This document shows, one piece after another, positions 13,042 through 25,125 of a stretch of 64,000 nucleotides of DNA. A program made the translations under genes and the position numbers. Below the pieces are notes generated by a model. That model saw only the letters and a list, made by a program, of their open reading frames with translations, had not been told where the DNA came from and made no database searches. The DNA lies in the NCBI RefSeq assembly GCF_006345805.1, contig NW_021834582.1:22148-86147 (forward strand). Direction: 5' to 3'. Numbering within the stretch: position 1 is the first letter of the stretch; the number at the start of each line of letters is the position of its first letter. This stretch comes from Octopus sinensis. Taxonomy: Eukaryota.

Positions 13042-13045
<4 letters not shown>

Positions 13046-16000
13046 GTTTTTTTACAGTTTAAAGTTTTATCAGTGTTTTCATTCATTTATTAAAAGAAAC
13101 GAGGTTATGTGAATTTAATTCGTAGATTATTTATATATTTAATGGTTTTCAGTTGTGGATATTGTTTATATGTTTGATAGTCGATAAATTAACATGCTGC
13201 TCGTAACCAAAAGTGTTCCAATTAAAATTAGTTACAATTTTTACACATTTATTTTTGGCACATGTACAGTTATATTTTTCAAAGAGGGTTGGTTCGAGTA
13301 AATATTAAAAAATCATATTGTGTATGCCAAATGTTATCTCTATTTTAACATTTGATTTTTAAACCTATAAAGAAGTCAAAATAAAATTAGGTTCATCTGA
13401 AAAGCCTGGTGTTTGATTTAGGACACTTCCTAAATTAACACCGCGATCATTAACGCAACAAGTTAATTTTTTCCGTACAGCGGACACCTTTAGAACGAGC
13501 GAAAAAAGGAAACGTACATAAGACACAGTTATGGAAGAAAAGCTATGTAGTTATTAATCCCCGATATAGAAGCCTGGCGGCTAAACGGGAAGCTATTATT
13601 GATTGCTCCAAGAGATCCCGAGGGCTGATGTTGATGGTGGGTTTGGAGAAAAAATATATTTTTATTATTATTAAAAGCATTTTATTATGATTTATGAAAA
13701 TAACACCAATCATTTTAGTGATTAATCAAAACACTTCTATTATTTTTATTTTTAATCAAAAATTTTTATGTCTCTAAATTTTAATTTAAAATGCAAGTAT
13801 CTATTCGATTATCGCTAATCTCAAAATTATTCACCAAAATTTTCTAGTTGATCGTACATCGCATTGCCCGATATTGAATTTCTGTCTTTGTTTGAATTCA
13901 ATTATTTAAAAAAAACAATTTATTTTCGAATTTACAGTCGGCAATTCATTATTTTGACTATTCTTAAATAAGACCGTTTAAAACGTATTACTGATGTCTT
14001 ATGTCAAGATAGATATCAGAATTATGTTTCATAAATTCATATTTTCATTTTTTAGACTATAATGTGACACATCCTGGTTTTAATTATTTATGTATCAATA
14101 GATGGTTGTATCAAATTACAGTTTACCCTCTATTGCTCGCCAATTCTATTGCTCGCCATTTCTATAACTCGCCACTTTTTTGGAAAAAATGCCATTTTTA
14201 CTAAGGAAATTCCATTGCTCGCCAAATTCTCTTACTCGCCACGTTTTAGTATTAAAAAATTAAAATTTATTATTAAAAAAATAATTTTTTCAAATATTTA
14301 TACCGCGTGTTTTTTTTGTAACATGAGGAAGTGCTCAAGATTATTTTATGATCAAAAAAGAGAAATTATAAATTATCTTATTGATAATTCTTCTCTAAGT
14401 CTAAGGCAGGGGTGGCCAACCGGTCGATCGCGGCATGTTTCGTGGTCGATCGCTCGATATATAAATTGCTAATTATTTTTTTTGTATTTAAATTATTATA
14501 AAAAAAATATTTATCAATATTAAAGTAAGTATTTTTCACGTGTCTTGTTATGAGGTGTAACAAAAAGTCCAAATCATATAAATTTAATGCCAAATGGGAA
14601 AAAGACTATATTTTTACGATGCACATGGAAAAATGCACATGTATGCTATGCAATAAAATCATTTCATTACCAAAAAGGGGAAATCTTTGTCGGCATTTTA
14701 ATTCTTTACATCCCGAGTTCAACAAACACTTTCCTTTAAATTCCTTATTACGGGAAGAGAAAGTTGAACAATTAAAAAAATCTTTTTTTTTCACAACATA
14801 CAATTTTGAAAAAGTCTATTAATTCGTCCAGATCTGCAACAATTGCATCATTGCGAGTGACTCGTCTCCTCGTAAAACACAAAAAACCTTTCACTGATGG
14901 GGAAATTTTAAAATCTTGTTTTTTGGAAGCTGCCGATTCACTATTTGATGGTATGAAAAATAAACAGGAAATTTCAAATTGCATCAAAGAGCTTCAGCTC
15001 TCAAAACAGTCAATTGTCAGAAGGGCTGAAAGCATTTCTGAAAATCTTCTTTCGCAGTTAAAAAAGGATCTTTACGCATGTTCGTGTTTTTCTCTACAGT
15101 TTGACGAATCAAACGATGCTATTGATGTCGCCCAACTATGTGTATTTTCCCGTTTAATCTTCCATGATCTAACTGTCAAGGAAGAGTTATTTGCTATTAT
15201 ACCTATGAAAGAAAGAACAACTGGTGAAAATATTTATAATTCTTTCAAAACGTTTTTGTTATCATTCGAATTATTACCGTTAATGAAGAAACTTGTATCC
15301 ATAACAACAGATCGAGCCCCTGCAATGATTGGGAATCAAAATGGATTTATTGCATTTTGTCGGAAAGATGAACATTTTCCGAAATTTTTATCATATCATT
15401 GCATCATTCAACAACATGCATTATGTGGGAAAATGTTAAATTTCAACTATGTTATGGAGACAACAGTTAAAATTATTAATTCCATCAGAGCCAAGCCCCT
15501 ACAAAGAAGATTATTTCGACTTTTTCTAGAACAAGTCGATGCAATCTATGGCGATCTACCTTTACATTGTGACATAAGATGGTTAAGCAAGGGATTAATT
15601 CTCCGTCGTTTCAGATAATTATTATCATACATTAAAGAATTTTCTAAAGAAAACAACAAGAATTGGCATTTTCTTGAAAATCCTGATTGGCTAATAAACT
15701 TGGCATTTTTAACCGATATTACCAGTAAACTGAATGAACTCAATTTAGAATTACAGGGAAAGAATAGATATATTATCGATATGATCAGTTCAATAAATGC
15801 TTTCATAATGAAGTTGGAATTATGGATATCTCAAATCAGAAAAGAAAATTTTACCCATTTTCCTAACATTGAAGATGAATTCACAAAACAACTTGTGAAT
15901 AAAAATCATTATGTCAATGAATTTGCTATGGTACTAGAAAAAATAATGAACGAGTTTAATAACAGATTTAGCGATTTCAAGAAAATTACTATATTATGCA

Positions 16001-16289
16001 GTTTCTTTGTTTCTCCGTTCATGGATGTAGACATCGAAAATATTTCAGAAGAATTTAGCAAGATTTTTGACGTTGATCGAAGAAAAAGTCAAATCTTAAT
16101 AATAAAATGGTATGGTGTGTGTCTGTCTGTGTGTCTGTCTGTCTGTGCACACCCACATTCAAATTGTTACAAACCAGATCAAATTGTCAAAACCTTCCCT
16201 TTTGTAGTTATTCGATAATGAGGCACAATAAAAGGTTGATATCCTCTAAGAACCTTCCTGTCAAAAAATTTTAATAAGAAAGAATATCC

Positions 16290-17072
16290 TCGATGATGAG
16301 GTCCCCCAAAACCTTCAAGTCAATTTTCTGCGTTTTTGTTAAAATGAACAACAAGAAAGTCCTCGACTCACATGATGTGGTCCCCCAAAACCTTCAAGCC
16401 AAAAAATTAAAAAAAATTATTTTCTGCGTTTTTGTTAAAATGAACAACAAGAAAGTCCTCGACTCACATGATGTGGTCCCCCAAAACCTTCAAGCCAAAA
16501 AATTAAAAAAAATTATTTTCTGCGTTTTTGTTAAAATGAACAACAAGAAAGTCCTCGACTCACATGATGTGGTCCCCCAAAACTTTCAAGCCAAAAAATT
16601 AAAAAAAATTATTTTCTGCGTTTTTGTTAAAATAACAACAAGAAAGTCCTCGACTCACATGATGTGGTCCCCCAAAACCTTCAAGCCAAAAAATTAAAAA
16701 AAATTATTTTCTGCGTTTTTGTTAAAATGAACAACAAGAAAGTCCTCGACTCACATGATGTGGTCCCTCAAAACCTTCAAGCCAAAAAATTAAAAAAAAT
16801 TATTTTCTGCGTTTTTGTTAAAATGAACAACAAGAAAGTCCTCGACTCACATGATGTGGTCCCTCAAAACCTTCAAGCCAAAAAATTAAAAAAAATTATT
16901 TTCTGCGTTTTTGTTAAAATGAACAACAAGAAAGTCCTCGACTCACATGATGTGGTCCCCCAAAACCTTCAAGCCAAAAATTAAAAAAAATATTTTCTTC
17001 TGCGTTTTTGTTAAAATGAACGACAAGAAAGTCCTCGACTCACATGATGAGGTCCTCCACAACCTTCAAGCC
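16290..17072 (+). repeat. 96-bp tandem repeat array (~8 units) inside Helitron copy 1
   Basis: Unit ttttctgcgtttttgttaaaatgaacaacaagaaagtcctcgactcacatgatgtggtcccccaaaaccttcaagccaaaaaattaaaaaaaatta recurs at 16324, 16420, 16516, 16612, ~16707, 16803, 16899 and ~16997. Confidence 0.95.
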
Positions 17073-17797
17073 TCGTGAGGCCATTAATTAGCTTAGCTAT
17101 CTTTTTTCGATGACATAAATTCTTTTTTGTTAAATTTTCGTTAAAAAAATAAAATAAAAGCTCTAATTGTTATCGACCATGAATAGACTGTGCAATTATC
17201 AGATTTTGAAAACCACTAAAAAGGAAAAAGCAAAAATTATTAGAGATTTACATAATTGATTCTTTTTAACTGCCGAAACTGACAAATTCGATTATGCTAC
17301 TGTTTAGATTTCTTAAAAGATAGAGGCAAATAAAATTTAAATTAGTCATGTAAATTTCAATTTGCCTATATTTAAATCTCCTTGATTTAACAGGCTTTAA
17401 TTTTTTTCCTTATAATACTACAAAGATGAAGCTGATTATCATTTTCTTTACCGAAACAGACAAGTTCGATTATGCTAAAGTTTCAATTCCTTTAAACATA
17501 GAGGCAATTAAGTATAATGGCTTTGATTGGATAATACACTTTACATAAATTTCACTAAATAAATTTACGTAGAAAATTTAATATAAATTACTGATTCGCG
17601 TTTACAAAATCATAAGAATGTCCTATAAAGAGAGATCTGAGAATGTTAACAAACAAGAGAATATGAACCATATAACAAAAAAAGAGAAACAAGGGAAGAT
17701 GTGCTTAAATGGTGAGGGAACTTAGACAACAGCTGAACAAGGTCAGGACTGCTGTTAGACTCAACTACGGGTAATAGAATTATGCATTCTAGGTTAA

Positions 17798-18590
17798 TTG
17801 TTTGGGATGAATGTACGATGGCTCATAAAGGCGCATTCAAGCAGTTGACCGAACATATAGAGATATCAAGAATTGTAGCGACCATTTGTTTGGGGGAGCA
17901 TTAGTTGTATTGGCAGGTGATTTTAGACAGACGCTGCCAATTATTCAAAGAGGGACGCCTGCGGATGAATTGAATGCCTGCCTCAAATCGTCATATTTGT
18001 GGACACACGTGAAAAAGGTAAGCTTAGATGTAAATGTACATGCACATTTACAAGGCGTTAATAGCATATTCCCACAAATCCTTCTAGATATTGGAAATGG
18101 GGCAATCACTTCAGAAATGCACGACCAGAAAATTAGGCTACCGGAAGAATTATGTATTTTCGTAGAAACAGCAGAAGAATTATTGAATGCCGTCTATTCC
18201 GAACTATCTGAACACTACGTGAATTTCGACTGGCTGCGTGAACGAGCTATATTAGCTCCACTTAATGATGAGGTACTTAATATAAATTTAGATTTATTAA
18301 TGAAAATCCCTGGCAGAGAAAGAATATATAAATCGGTCGACGTTATTATGGACCATGAAAGGGCCTGCGATAGATTTAAGAGACTACAATTTCCGCTGAA
18401 GATAAGTTTTGCTATGACAATAAACAAGGCCCAGGGACAGTCTTTAAAGGTAGTAGGCTTATTTTTAGAGAACGAGTGCTTTTCACATGGCCAGCTGTAT
18501 GTGGGGTGCTCAAGGGTAGGTAGAAGAGAAATTTATTTATATTTGCCAAGGATGGACGGACTGCAAACATCGTTTATCCACAGGCCTTAG
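17798..18590 (+). pseudogene. Helitron PIF1-family helicase fragment with internal deletion
   Basis: IVWDECTMAHK, FGGALVVLAGDFRQTLP, RAILAPLN, then jumps to RFKRLQFPLKISFAMTINKAQGQSL...FSHGQLYVGCSRV. Confidence 0.85.
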
Positions 18591-21249
18591 AATAAGGTTA
18601 TATCAAAGCAGGTCGCATTTATATATCTACATAAATTTATAGTTATTTAAGGAAACTGCGAGCGTAGCGAGCAGGGCCTCCGCAGGAGCTAGCTCGCAGT
18701 GAGCGAAGCGAACTGCTGAGCTAGTAGAAATTATAAATCTAAAAAATGACATCACTTTAAAATTACATTCAAATGTCAACATGTGGAAATTTATGTCTCA
18801 GGAAAAATATCCAATTTTGATTGATTCGTATCAACGAATTCTTTCATGCTTTGGAAGCACATATTTATCCGAAACATCATTTTCAAGTATGAAAATGATA
18901 AAATCTCAATACAGGACACGTTTAACGGATGACCATCTTGGGGATTGCATGAGAATAGCAATAAGCTTATACGAGCCAGAATTTGAAATAATCGCAAGTG
19001 AATTACAATGCCAAAAATCGCATTAATTTTTAATTGTAAAATAAAATTTTTGATATTAAAATATATAAGTCGATCTCCAAAAAATCGCAAAATGAAAAGT
19101 AGCTCGCCGGTGAAAAAGGTTGGCCACCCCTGGTCTAAGGCGTGTTTCAGAAATTTTTTCGTCGCGTTTCAAAAAATCAATTTCGAGACGTGCAATTAAC
19201 GATCTTAAATTGAACAAACAGAAGATTCTTGGAATTAATCCAATTTATGGGAGAAGTTCTCGTTTTTCGAAACTTAGATATTCAGCAATTGATTCTGAAA
19301 TCATTGCCTGGATAGATTACATGGAATCTATTGGAGTTTACCTCAATGATGAGATAATTTTGTCGAAAGCAACTGAAATTGCTGCGTTAAACGGTCTCTT
19401 CAAATTTAAAGCCAGTAAAGGATGGCTTGAAAAGTTCAAAAAAAGGCACAATGTAAAACTAAGAATTTTTCATGGTGAATTGGGATATACTGCGGATGAG
19501 TTCAAAGATCAAATCGAAGACTTTAAAAAAATTATCTCTTCTAAAATAAATGAATATGGTTCAGAAAATGTTTATAATGCCGACGAAACCGGCGTATTTT
19601 ACAAGACCATTCCATCAAAAAGTGTCTGCAGGAAACGCCGACCAGGACAAAAATTACTTAAAGATAGGTTTAACATTTTTAGCCAATTTTCAGATTTTCA
19701 TTAATGCTTTGCGCAAATATGACTGGATCCGATAAAAGAACTCCTTTGATGATCGGGCAGTTTAAGAAACCAAGGTGTTTTGAAGCTTGAACGTTGATGA
19801 ATATTTACAATACCGGAATTCTTCAAAGGCTTGGATGAACATGGAAATATTTAACGAATGGTTGTATAATTGGAACAAGACTCTCAAACAAAAACAAAAA
19901 AAGATACTTTTGGTTGTAGACCATTGTCCTTCGCATAGAATAACAATCGAATTAAGTATGATAGAAGTTTTATATTTACCAAAAAACACGACTACTGTGC
20001 TTCAACCGATGGATCAAGGAATCATTAGATCATTTAAATCTCATTTCAACAAATTTAAATTTAAACATATAATTGAACAAATAAACTACGGTGACGCAAC
20101 TATTGAATGCTATAAAAAATTAACCCAGAAAGATGCAATCTTATTTTCTTATCTAGCCTGGAAAGATGTGTCAGTGGATACAATATCAAAATGTTTTCAG
20201 CACGCCAAATGGGAAAACAGAATTGAAGAACCTATTATGGGAGACCATAAAATAAAAAATTTCGAACAAATTATAGAAAAATTAATGATCACAGATCCCA
20301 TAAAAGAGGAGGAGTTTATAGACTTTACGTACTCTGAAAATGACGAACTTCATGAATTTGTTCAAAACAATAACTATGAAAATAACGATGAAAATGCAAT
20401 TTTAGACAGTTCAATTACTGAAGATTGTGAAAGAAACAACTGTATTACACATCGAGATGCGATAAAATGTATTTCGGACCTCAAAAAATATTTTTCACAT
20501 GACGATAATTTTGATGTGAATATGCTAGAAAGATTATTAAAAATGCAAAAAAATATAGTGAAAAGATCATACAAAAAAACTATAAATGATTACTTTACTT
20601 AAAATTTTGGTTTTTTAAATAAATGTTTCGGCTATTTATTTAAATGTTTAGATAGTTAAAAATTATAGAAATTTTTTGTTGATAGAAAATAGGATATTGA
20701 TTATTTCTCTTACTCGCCAAATTCTCTTAGTCGCCAATTTTGGCTTGGTCCCAAAAATGGCGAGCAATAGAGGGAAGACTGTATAAGGGGTATTCTATTC
20801 CATGATTTCATTTTGAATTTATATCGGAAAAAATAAAAATCAATTTAAAACAATAAAAAGGTATCTATATTAATTATTTATTCAATACAGAGGAAAATCT
20901 GCCCAATTTTTGCTTTTTCATTCAAATGTCGCCAAGAAATAAAAGTACGTTAAATTATATTTTTTGTAAATAATTCATATATTTTAAATTATAAAAACTG
21001 GCAGTCGAGACGATAGAAATCCGGGTCGAGCATAAATTATTATTAGACTAACGATGCCATCGATTGTGACATGTGGAACACAATAAGTCAGATCCCTGGA
21101 CAACCTTATCATTTCGTTCTATTTCGAGCTGGCTTCCATAACACTTCGAGATCCTCTTCCTTTTTAAGCTGCTTCAAAATGATTTCGAAATTCTCTTCAA
21201 ATACAATTAAGAATGCTATCCTTATCTAAACTGTGGTGCGTGTTTAAGT

Positions 21250-21838
21250 CAGCAGGTCTCAACCATGGTCCCCAGAAAATTTTTAGTGATCCCAGGAATT
21301 TTGAAAAAATAAAAATATATTAAAGTTAAAACTAATTTTGTATTTAAGTATAAACCTAAAACGTTAAAATTAACCTGATTGAATCGTCGTCTTTGATCGG
21401 ATTCTTACATTGAATTTGGATTGACTAAATTCACTTCCTCAAATAATAAAATAAATGCAAAATGCATGATTTTCTATAGAATTTTGGGAAACAATTAACT
21501 GAAACCTTTCAACTTAAGTACCACAAAGAGTCTGTACAGCCAGAAACTTGTTGCTCACATGAATATTTTAAAGTCTAAAAATTCCCAATTTTTGAAGATA
21601 GAGTCAGACATAAGTAAAATTATTTTTAGCAAACAAGATCAGAAATCTCACTGAATTACTGTTAAATTGTCTGTTATGTTCATTTTATTTTAATATATTA
21701 AATAGTCAAGCATGTCTAAACCTGCTCCTGAAAAGGTCAGAAATTGTGCGGTAATAGCAAAAAATGTTTATTTTATTTAAGGTAGTCCCCACAAAATTTT
21801 ATAATTTAAATGTGGTCCCTAGTCTAAAAAAGTTTGTA
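21250..21838. mobile_element. Degenerate hAT-derived non-autonomous remnant
   Basis: Left end cagcaggtctcaacc...ggtcccca and right subterminal gtggtccctagtctaaaaaagtttg resemble hAT ends; internal minus-strand YSCEQQ-like remnant. No clean TIR pair or TSD. Confidence 0.35.
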
Positions 21839-22134
21839 AAGTAATCCTACATAGTTGCGTTTGCGAGGCCATCCATGTCCAGAGATCTAATAACTAAATT
21901 TCCTAATCAAATATTTTGAATTAACAAAAAAAATTATGTCAGCTACAATCGAAATTAATGTGAGCTCTGCGGTTTCAAAATAAATGAATAGATCAATTGA
22001 GAATAGTGAAAATGAATAATAAATTCAAAGGTAAAGGCCAGATCTCTTAACTAAATTTATTTAATTATTGAGAAATTAACAAAAAAGTCTTAAAATAACA
22101 TTTTATAAATCAATTTTACTAAATATCAAAGTTA

Positions 22135-24184
22135 ATGTGTTATATAGTGGCTTTTTTATTGGTTCTTTACTAATAATAAATAAATAGCTAAATTTGATTA
22201 AAAATGAAGAAAAAGTATCGATAAACTATGAAAAAAATTGTTTTACCAAAAATGAAGTTTGCTTCCAATACGTCTCCGGGACACTCCATTATTTTCGAGT
22301 GACCCAAGACCAATGGGAAGACCGGATCATCAGAATGAAAGCAGGTGGATTAAACGCAATTCAAACGTTCGGCCCCCCAAATCATAGCCAAGATACATCG
22401 CATGGAACTACCACGAAAAATACCGCGGATCATATAATTTTGCTGGAAATAGAAATATTTCAAACTTTTTCAATTTAATTAAAAAACACCAAATGCTCGC
22501 CATCGTCAGACCAGGTCCCTACATCGATGCAGAATGGGAATTTGTTATTTTCCAATCCTCACTGTCTAGGGTGGACTTCCCTACTTTTTGCTTTCAAATC
22601 GGACTTTTGTGAAGCTTCGTTCATCCAAAGACAAATGTAAAGACATGTATTGAAATGTCTAGTTTACATGCAATGTGTAAAGGAATGGTACTCTGTATTA
22701 CTCAGAGAACTACTTCCCAGTACATACCAAATGGGCGGACCAATTATAAGTGTCCTCTTTACTACTGACGGTGACTGGGAGTCTGCCTTGAAAAGAGGTT
22801 CTATTAAAGGTGTCTACACTGGAGTCGATTTTGGTCCTGGAGATATTTTTAAGGCATTTTTGGCCATGAGGAGAGTGCAAGAGGACGGGCCTCTTCTAAA
22901 CAGTGAGTTTTATCCTGGATGGTTCACTACTTGGGGAGGTATTAAAGTCAAACAAAATGTAAATTCTGTCACAAAAAGCTTTAATCAAATGCTTTATATG
23001 AAAGCAAATATTAATTTGTAATTTATTAAATTTATAATATAGTTATGTCTACGAAGGCGGAACCAATTTTGAATATTATAATGGTATGTCTGGTGGTGCC
23101 AATGACTTGATACAGGAGGCTATTACAGTGGGCAAAGACTGAGTCCTATAATTACAAGCTATGATTATTCTGCTCCACTGGGAGAAGGGGGAACCTACAC
23201 GCCACTCTATTACTCCATTAGAAATAGTATAATCAAATATTTGGGCTGGAATCCCCCAGAAGTTCCCCCTCCTGTAATAAATATAAAATACCCCAAAATC
23301 AGTTTATCTCAGGTTTATTGTAGGTGATTGTTACTATAGCCAATTTCTTTCTTTAATTTGCTCCAATTTGTCCAAAATGGCTCAGTCCATTCAAAATATC
23401 CACTTAAATTTGAAGACATAGATCAGCCTTATGGATTTGTTTTGTACACTTTTTCTGGTATTTGGAACTATGGGAATAACTTTACTTTAAAATGTTCAAA
23501 AGTGGCAGATATTGCTCAAATCTATATTAATGAAGTTAAATCACTGTTTTCTATCGATAGATATATTATGGAGATATTAATGCCACCTCTCCGGTTATCC
23601 ACGTTTTATACCCACAGAAAGTACTCACATTGAGTTTGCTTGTGGAGAACCAAGGAAGAAGTTGCAATGCTATTGATATTGCATTTAAAGTTTAAATATT
23701 TATTATAATTAAATAATAATATTTAATATTATATTAAAAGGGATTACTTTCCAATGTTACTGTGGCGAATAAAAAGAGGAAAAGTATATTGGAAGGATGG
23801 AAGATGACCAGAATTGAATTTTCTGGTTTATCGAACAAAGATATGGAATTTTACCGATCGAGGTTACCTCCAAGGTATAAAATGGACTGTTCTGGACGTG
23901 GTATATACTTTGGGTCACTCGAAATAACGGGGAATATTTCGAGCACATTTCTGGACATGTCGATGTGGGGCAGAGTAATATATTTGGAATGAGTTTAGGG
24001 GGTTGTGTTTGTTAATGGATTCAATCTTGGGAGGTTTTGGAATATAGGACCTCAGAGGTCCCTTTATCTTCCTTATCCGTTTTTATTTGAGGGGATTAAT
24101 CGTTTTGCTGTTTTGGAACTGTCTGGTTTGGCTGGAATGGTCAATCGTTACTTGGAGTTCTCAGATGTAGCAATTTGGGATTAA
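22135..24184 (+). CDS. GLB1: Glycoside hydrolase family 35 beta-galactosidase (GLB1-like), multi-exon, lacking the ENEY segment
   Basis: Spliced signal peptide MCYIVAFLL|LNLIK, SGTLHYFRV, MKAGGLNAIQT|YIAWNYHE, RPGPYIDAEWEF|GGLP, LLNSEFYPGWFTTWG, ITSYDYSAPLGE, FEDIDQPYGFVLY, GFNLGRFW..GPQRSLY. Several 26-nt introns. Confidence 0.9.
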
Positions 24185-25125
24185 ATTAATTTTTATAATC
24201 CTTGTTAATAATTGTTGGGTTATCTGAACTTTCTTTTTTTAAATATATTTGTTTAAATAATTGAAAGTTTATTGATAAGATTGGTTAATAAAAATTTTGT
24301 GGACCTAAAGGCATATTGAATCAGTGTAAGCAGGCTGTTTTACAATATAGTGAGGTTTTTATATCATATTTTAATATTTTTAGTACATGTTATTTGGAGG
24401 GTATTCTTATAGTTGGGTTTTATATCTATTGAGTTTAATTCACATTGAATCAATTTTAAATAACCAAAACAGCTTTTGATTGTTCAGTTTGTTTCCATTC
24501 CAAATGAGTAAAAAAGGACCGTCTTTTAAATTTATTTTCCTATAAGACTCGAATTGATTTTATTTATTTTCGATTTTTTTCCATATAGTAAAATTTTAAT
24601 TGATTAAAATGTCCTTTAAATTCATTTGTTGTAGAATTGTAGTTTTGTTGTTTGAAAATAGATATAAAATGGGCATTGTTCAACAACTAAAAGAATTTTT
24701 CTTCTGTGTCACATGAAAAAGACTGTTTGAAAATTTTATTAGATTAATAGTTAAAGTTATATTCAATTAAATTTGATAAGAAACATTTTTTACTAAGTTT
24801 ACATTTTTTCTTTTTTATAGACCTGAGGAAGATTATTTTTTGGCAGGTCAAATGACATTTAAGATTTTTGCTTTCTCGATAATATCAGCCTTCAATTTAG
24901 CCAAACTATTTTTCAAAAAAATTAATTTTCTCTAATTATTCATATTTATCATTACTAAATTTTTTAACTGTTTTGTTTTTAATCACAAGTATCATCTTTG
25001 CTTATATTGCGGTTATTATTAAATTGATAATAAAAAAATATCAAATTATGTTTCTAATAGATACAATTTATGGTCTTTAATGCTGTAATTAAATATTTTT
25101 TATTATCAAAAAGAATTATTTGTAG

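Larger units (their letters stand above)
16094..18724 (+). mobile_element. Non-autonomous Helitron (copy 1)
   Basis: 5' TC(ttaataataaaat) followed by a (GTCT)n microsatellite. 3' GC-rich hairpin-type end ...gagcgaagcgaactgctgagCTAG. Inserted between A and T without TSD; removing it restores the hAT frame. Contains PIF1 helicase remnants. Confidence 0.9.
14550..19026 (+). pseudogene. GTF2IRD2-like hAT transposase, frameshifted and split by the Helitron
   Basis: Zn-finger CMLC...RHFNSLH, SLQFDESND, SITTDRAPAM, YHCIIQQHALC, IRWLSKG, AFLTDITSKLNELNLELQG. ...RKSQI|EIINLKND rejoins across the Helitron; FGSTYLSETSFS near the end. Confidence 0.88.
14407..19132 (+). mobile_element. hAT (Charlie/GTF2IRD2-like) DNA transposon, interrupted by a nested Helitron
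   Basis: Perfect 15-bp TIRs caggggtggccaacc / ggttggccacccctg; 8-bp TSD gtctaagg at 14399-14406 and 19133-19140. Confidence 0.93.
14323..20602 (+). pseudogene. pogo/Tigger (CENP-B-like HTH + DDE) transposase, split and frameshifted
   Basis: MRKCSRLFYDQKREII...LSLR (14323-14406) resumes after the hAT as RVSEIFSSRF...FKASKGWLEKFKKRH...YNADETG, then LLVVDHCPSH...QPMDQGII. Stop/frameshift near 19700. Confidence 0.85.
14119..20781 (+). mobile_element. pogo/Tigger DNA transposon, interrupted by a nested hAT
   Basis: TIRs cagtttaccctctattgctcgcca / tggcgagcaatagagggaagactg (3 mismatches), TA on both flanks. Confidence 0.88.

Noticed and set aside
13430-13660. GC-richer patch with a minus-strand open stretch (SKPTINISPRDLLEQSIIASRLAARLLYRG)
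   Set aside because: Probably an exon, but no family match and no supportable gene model.
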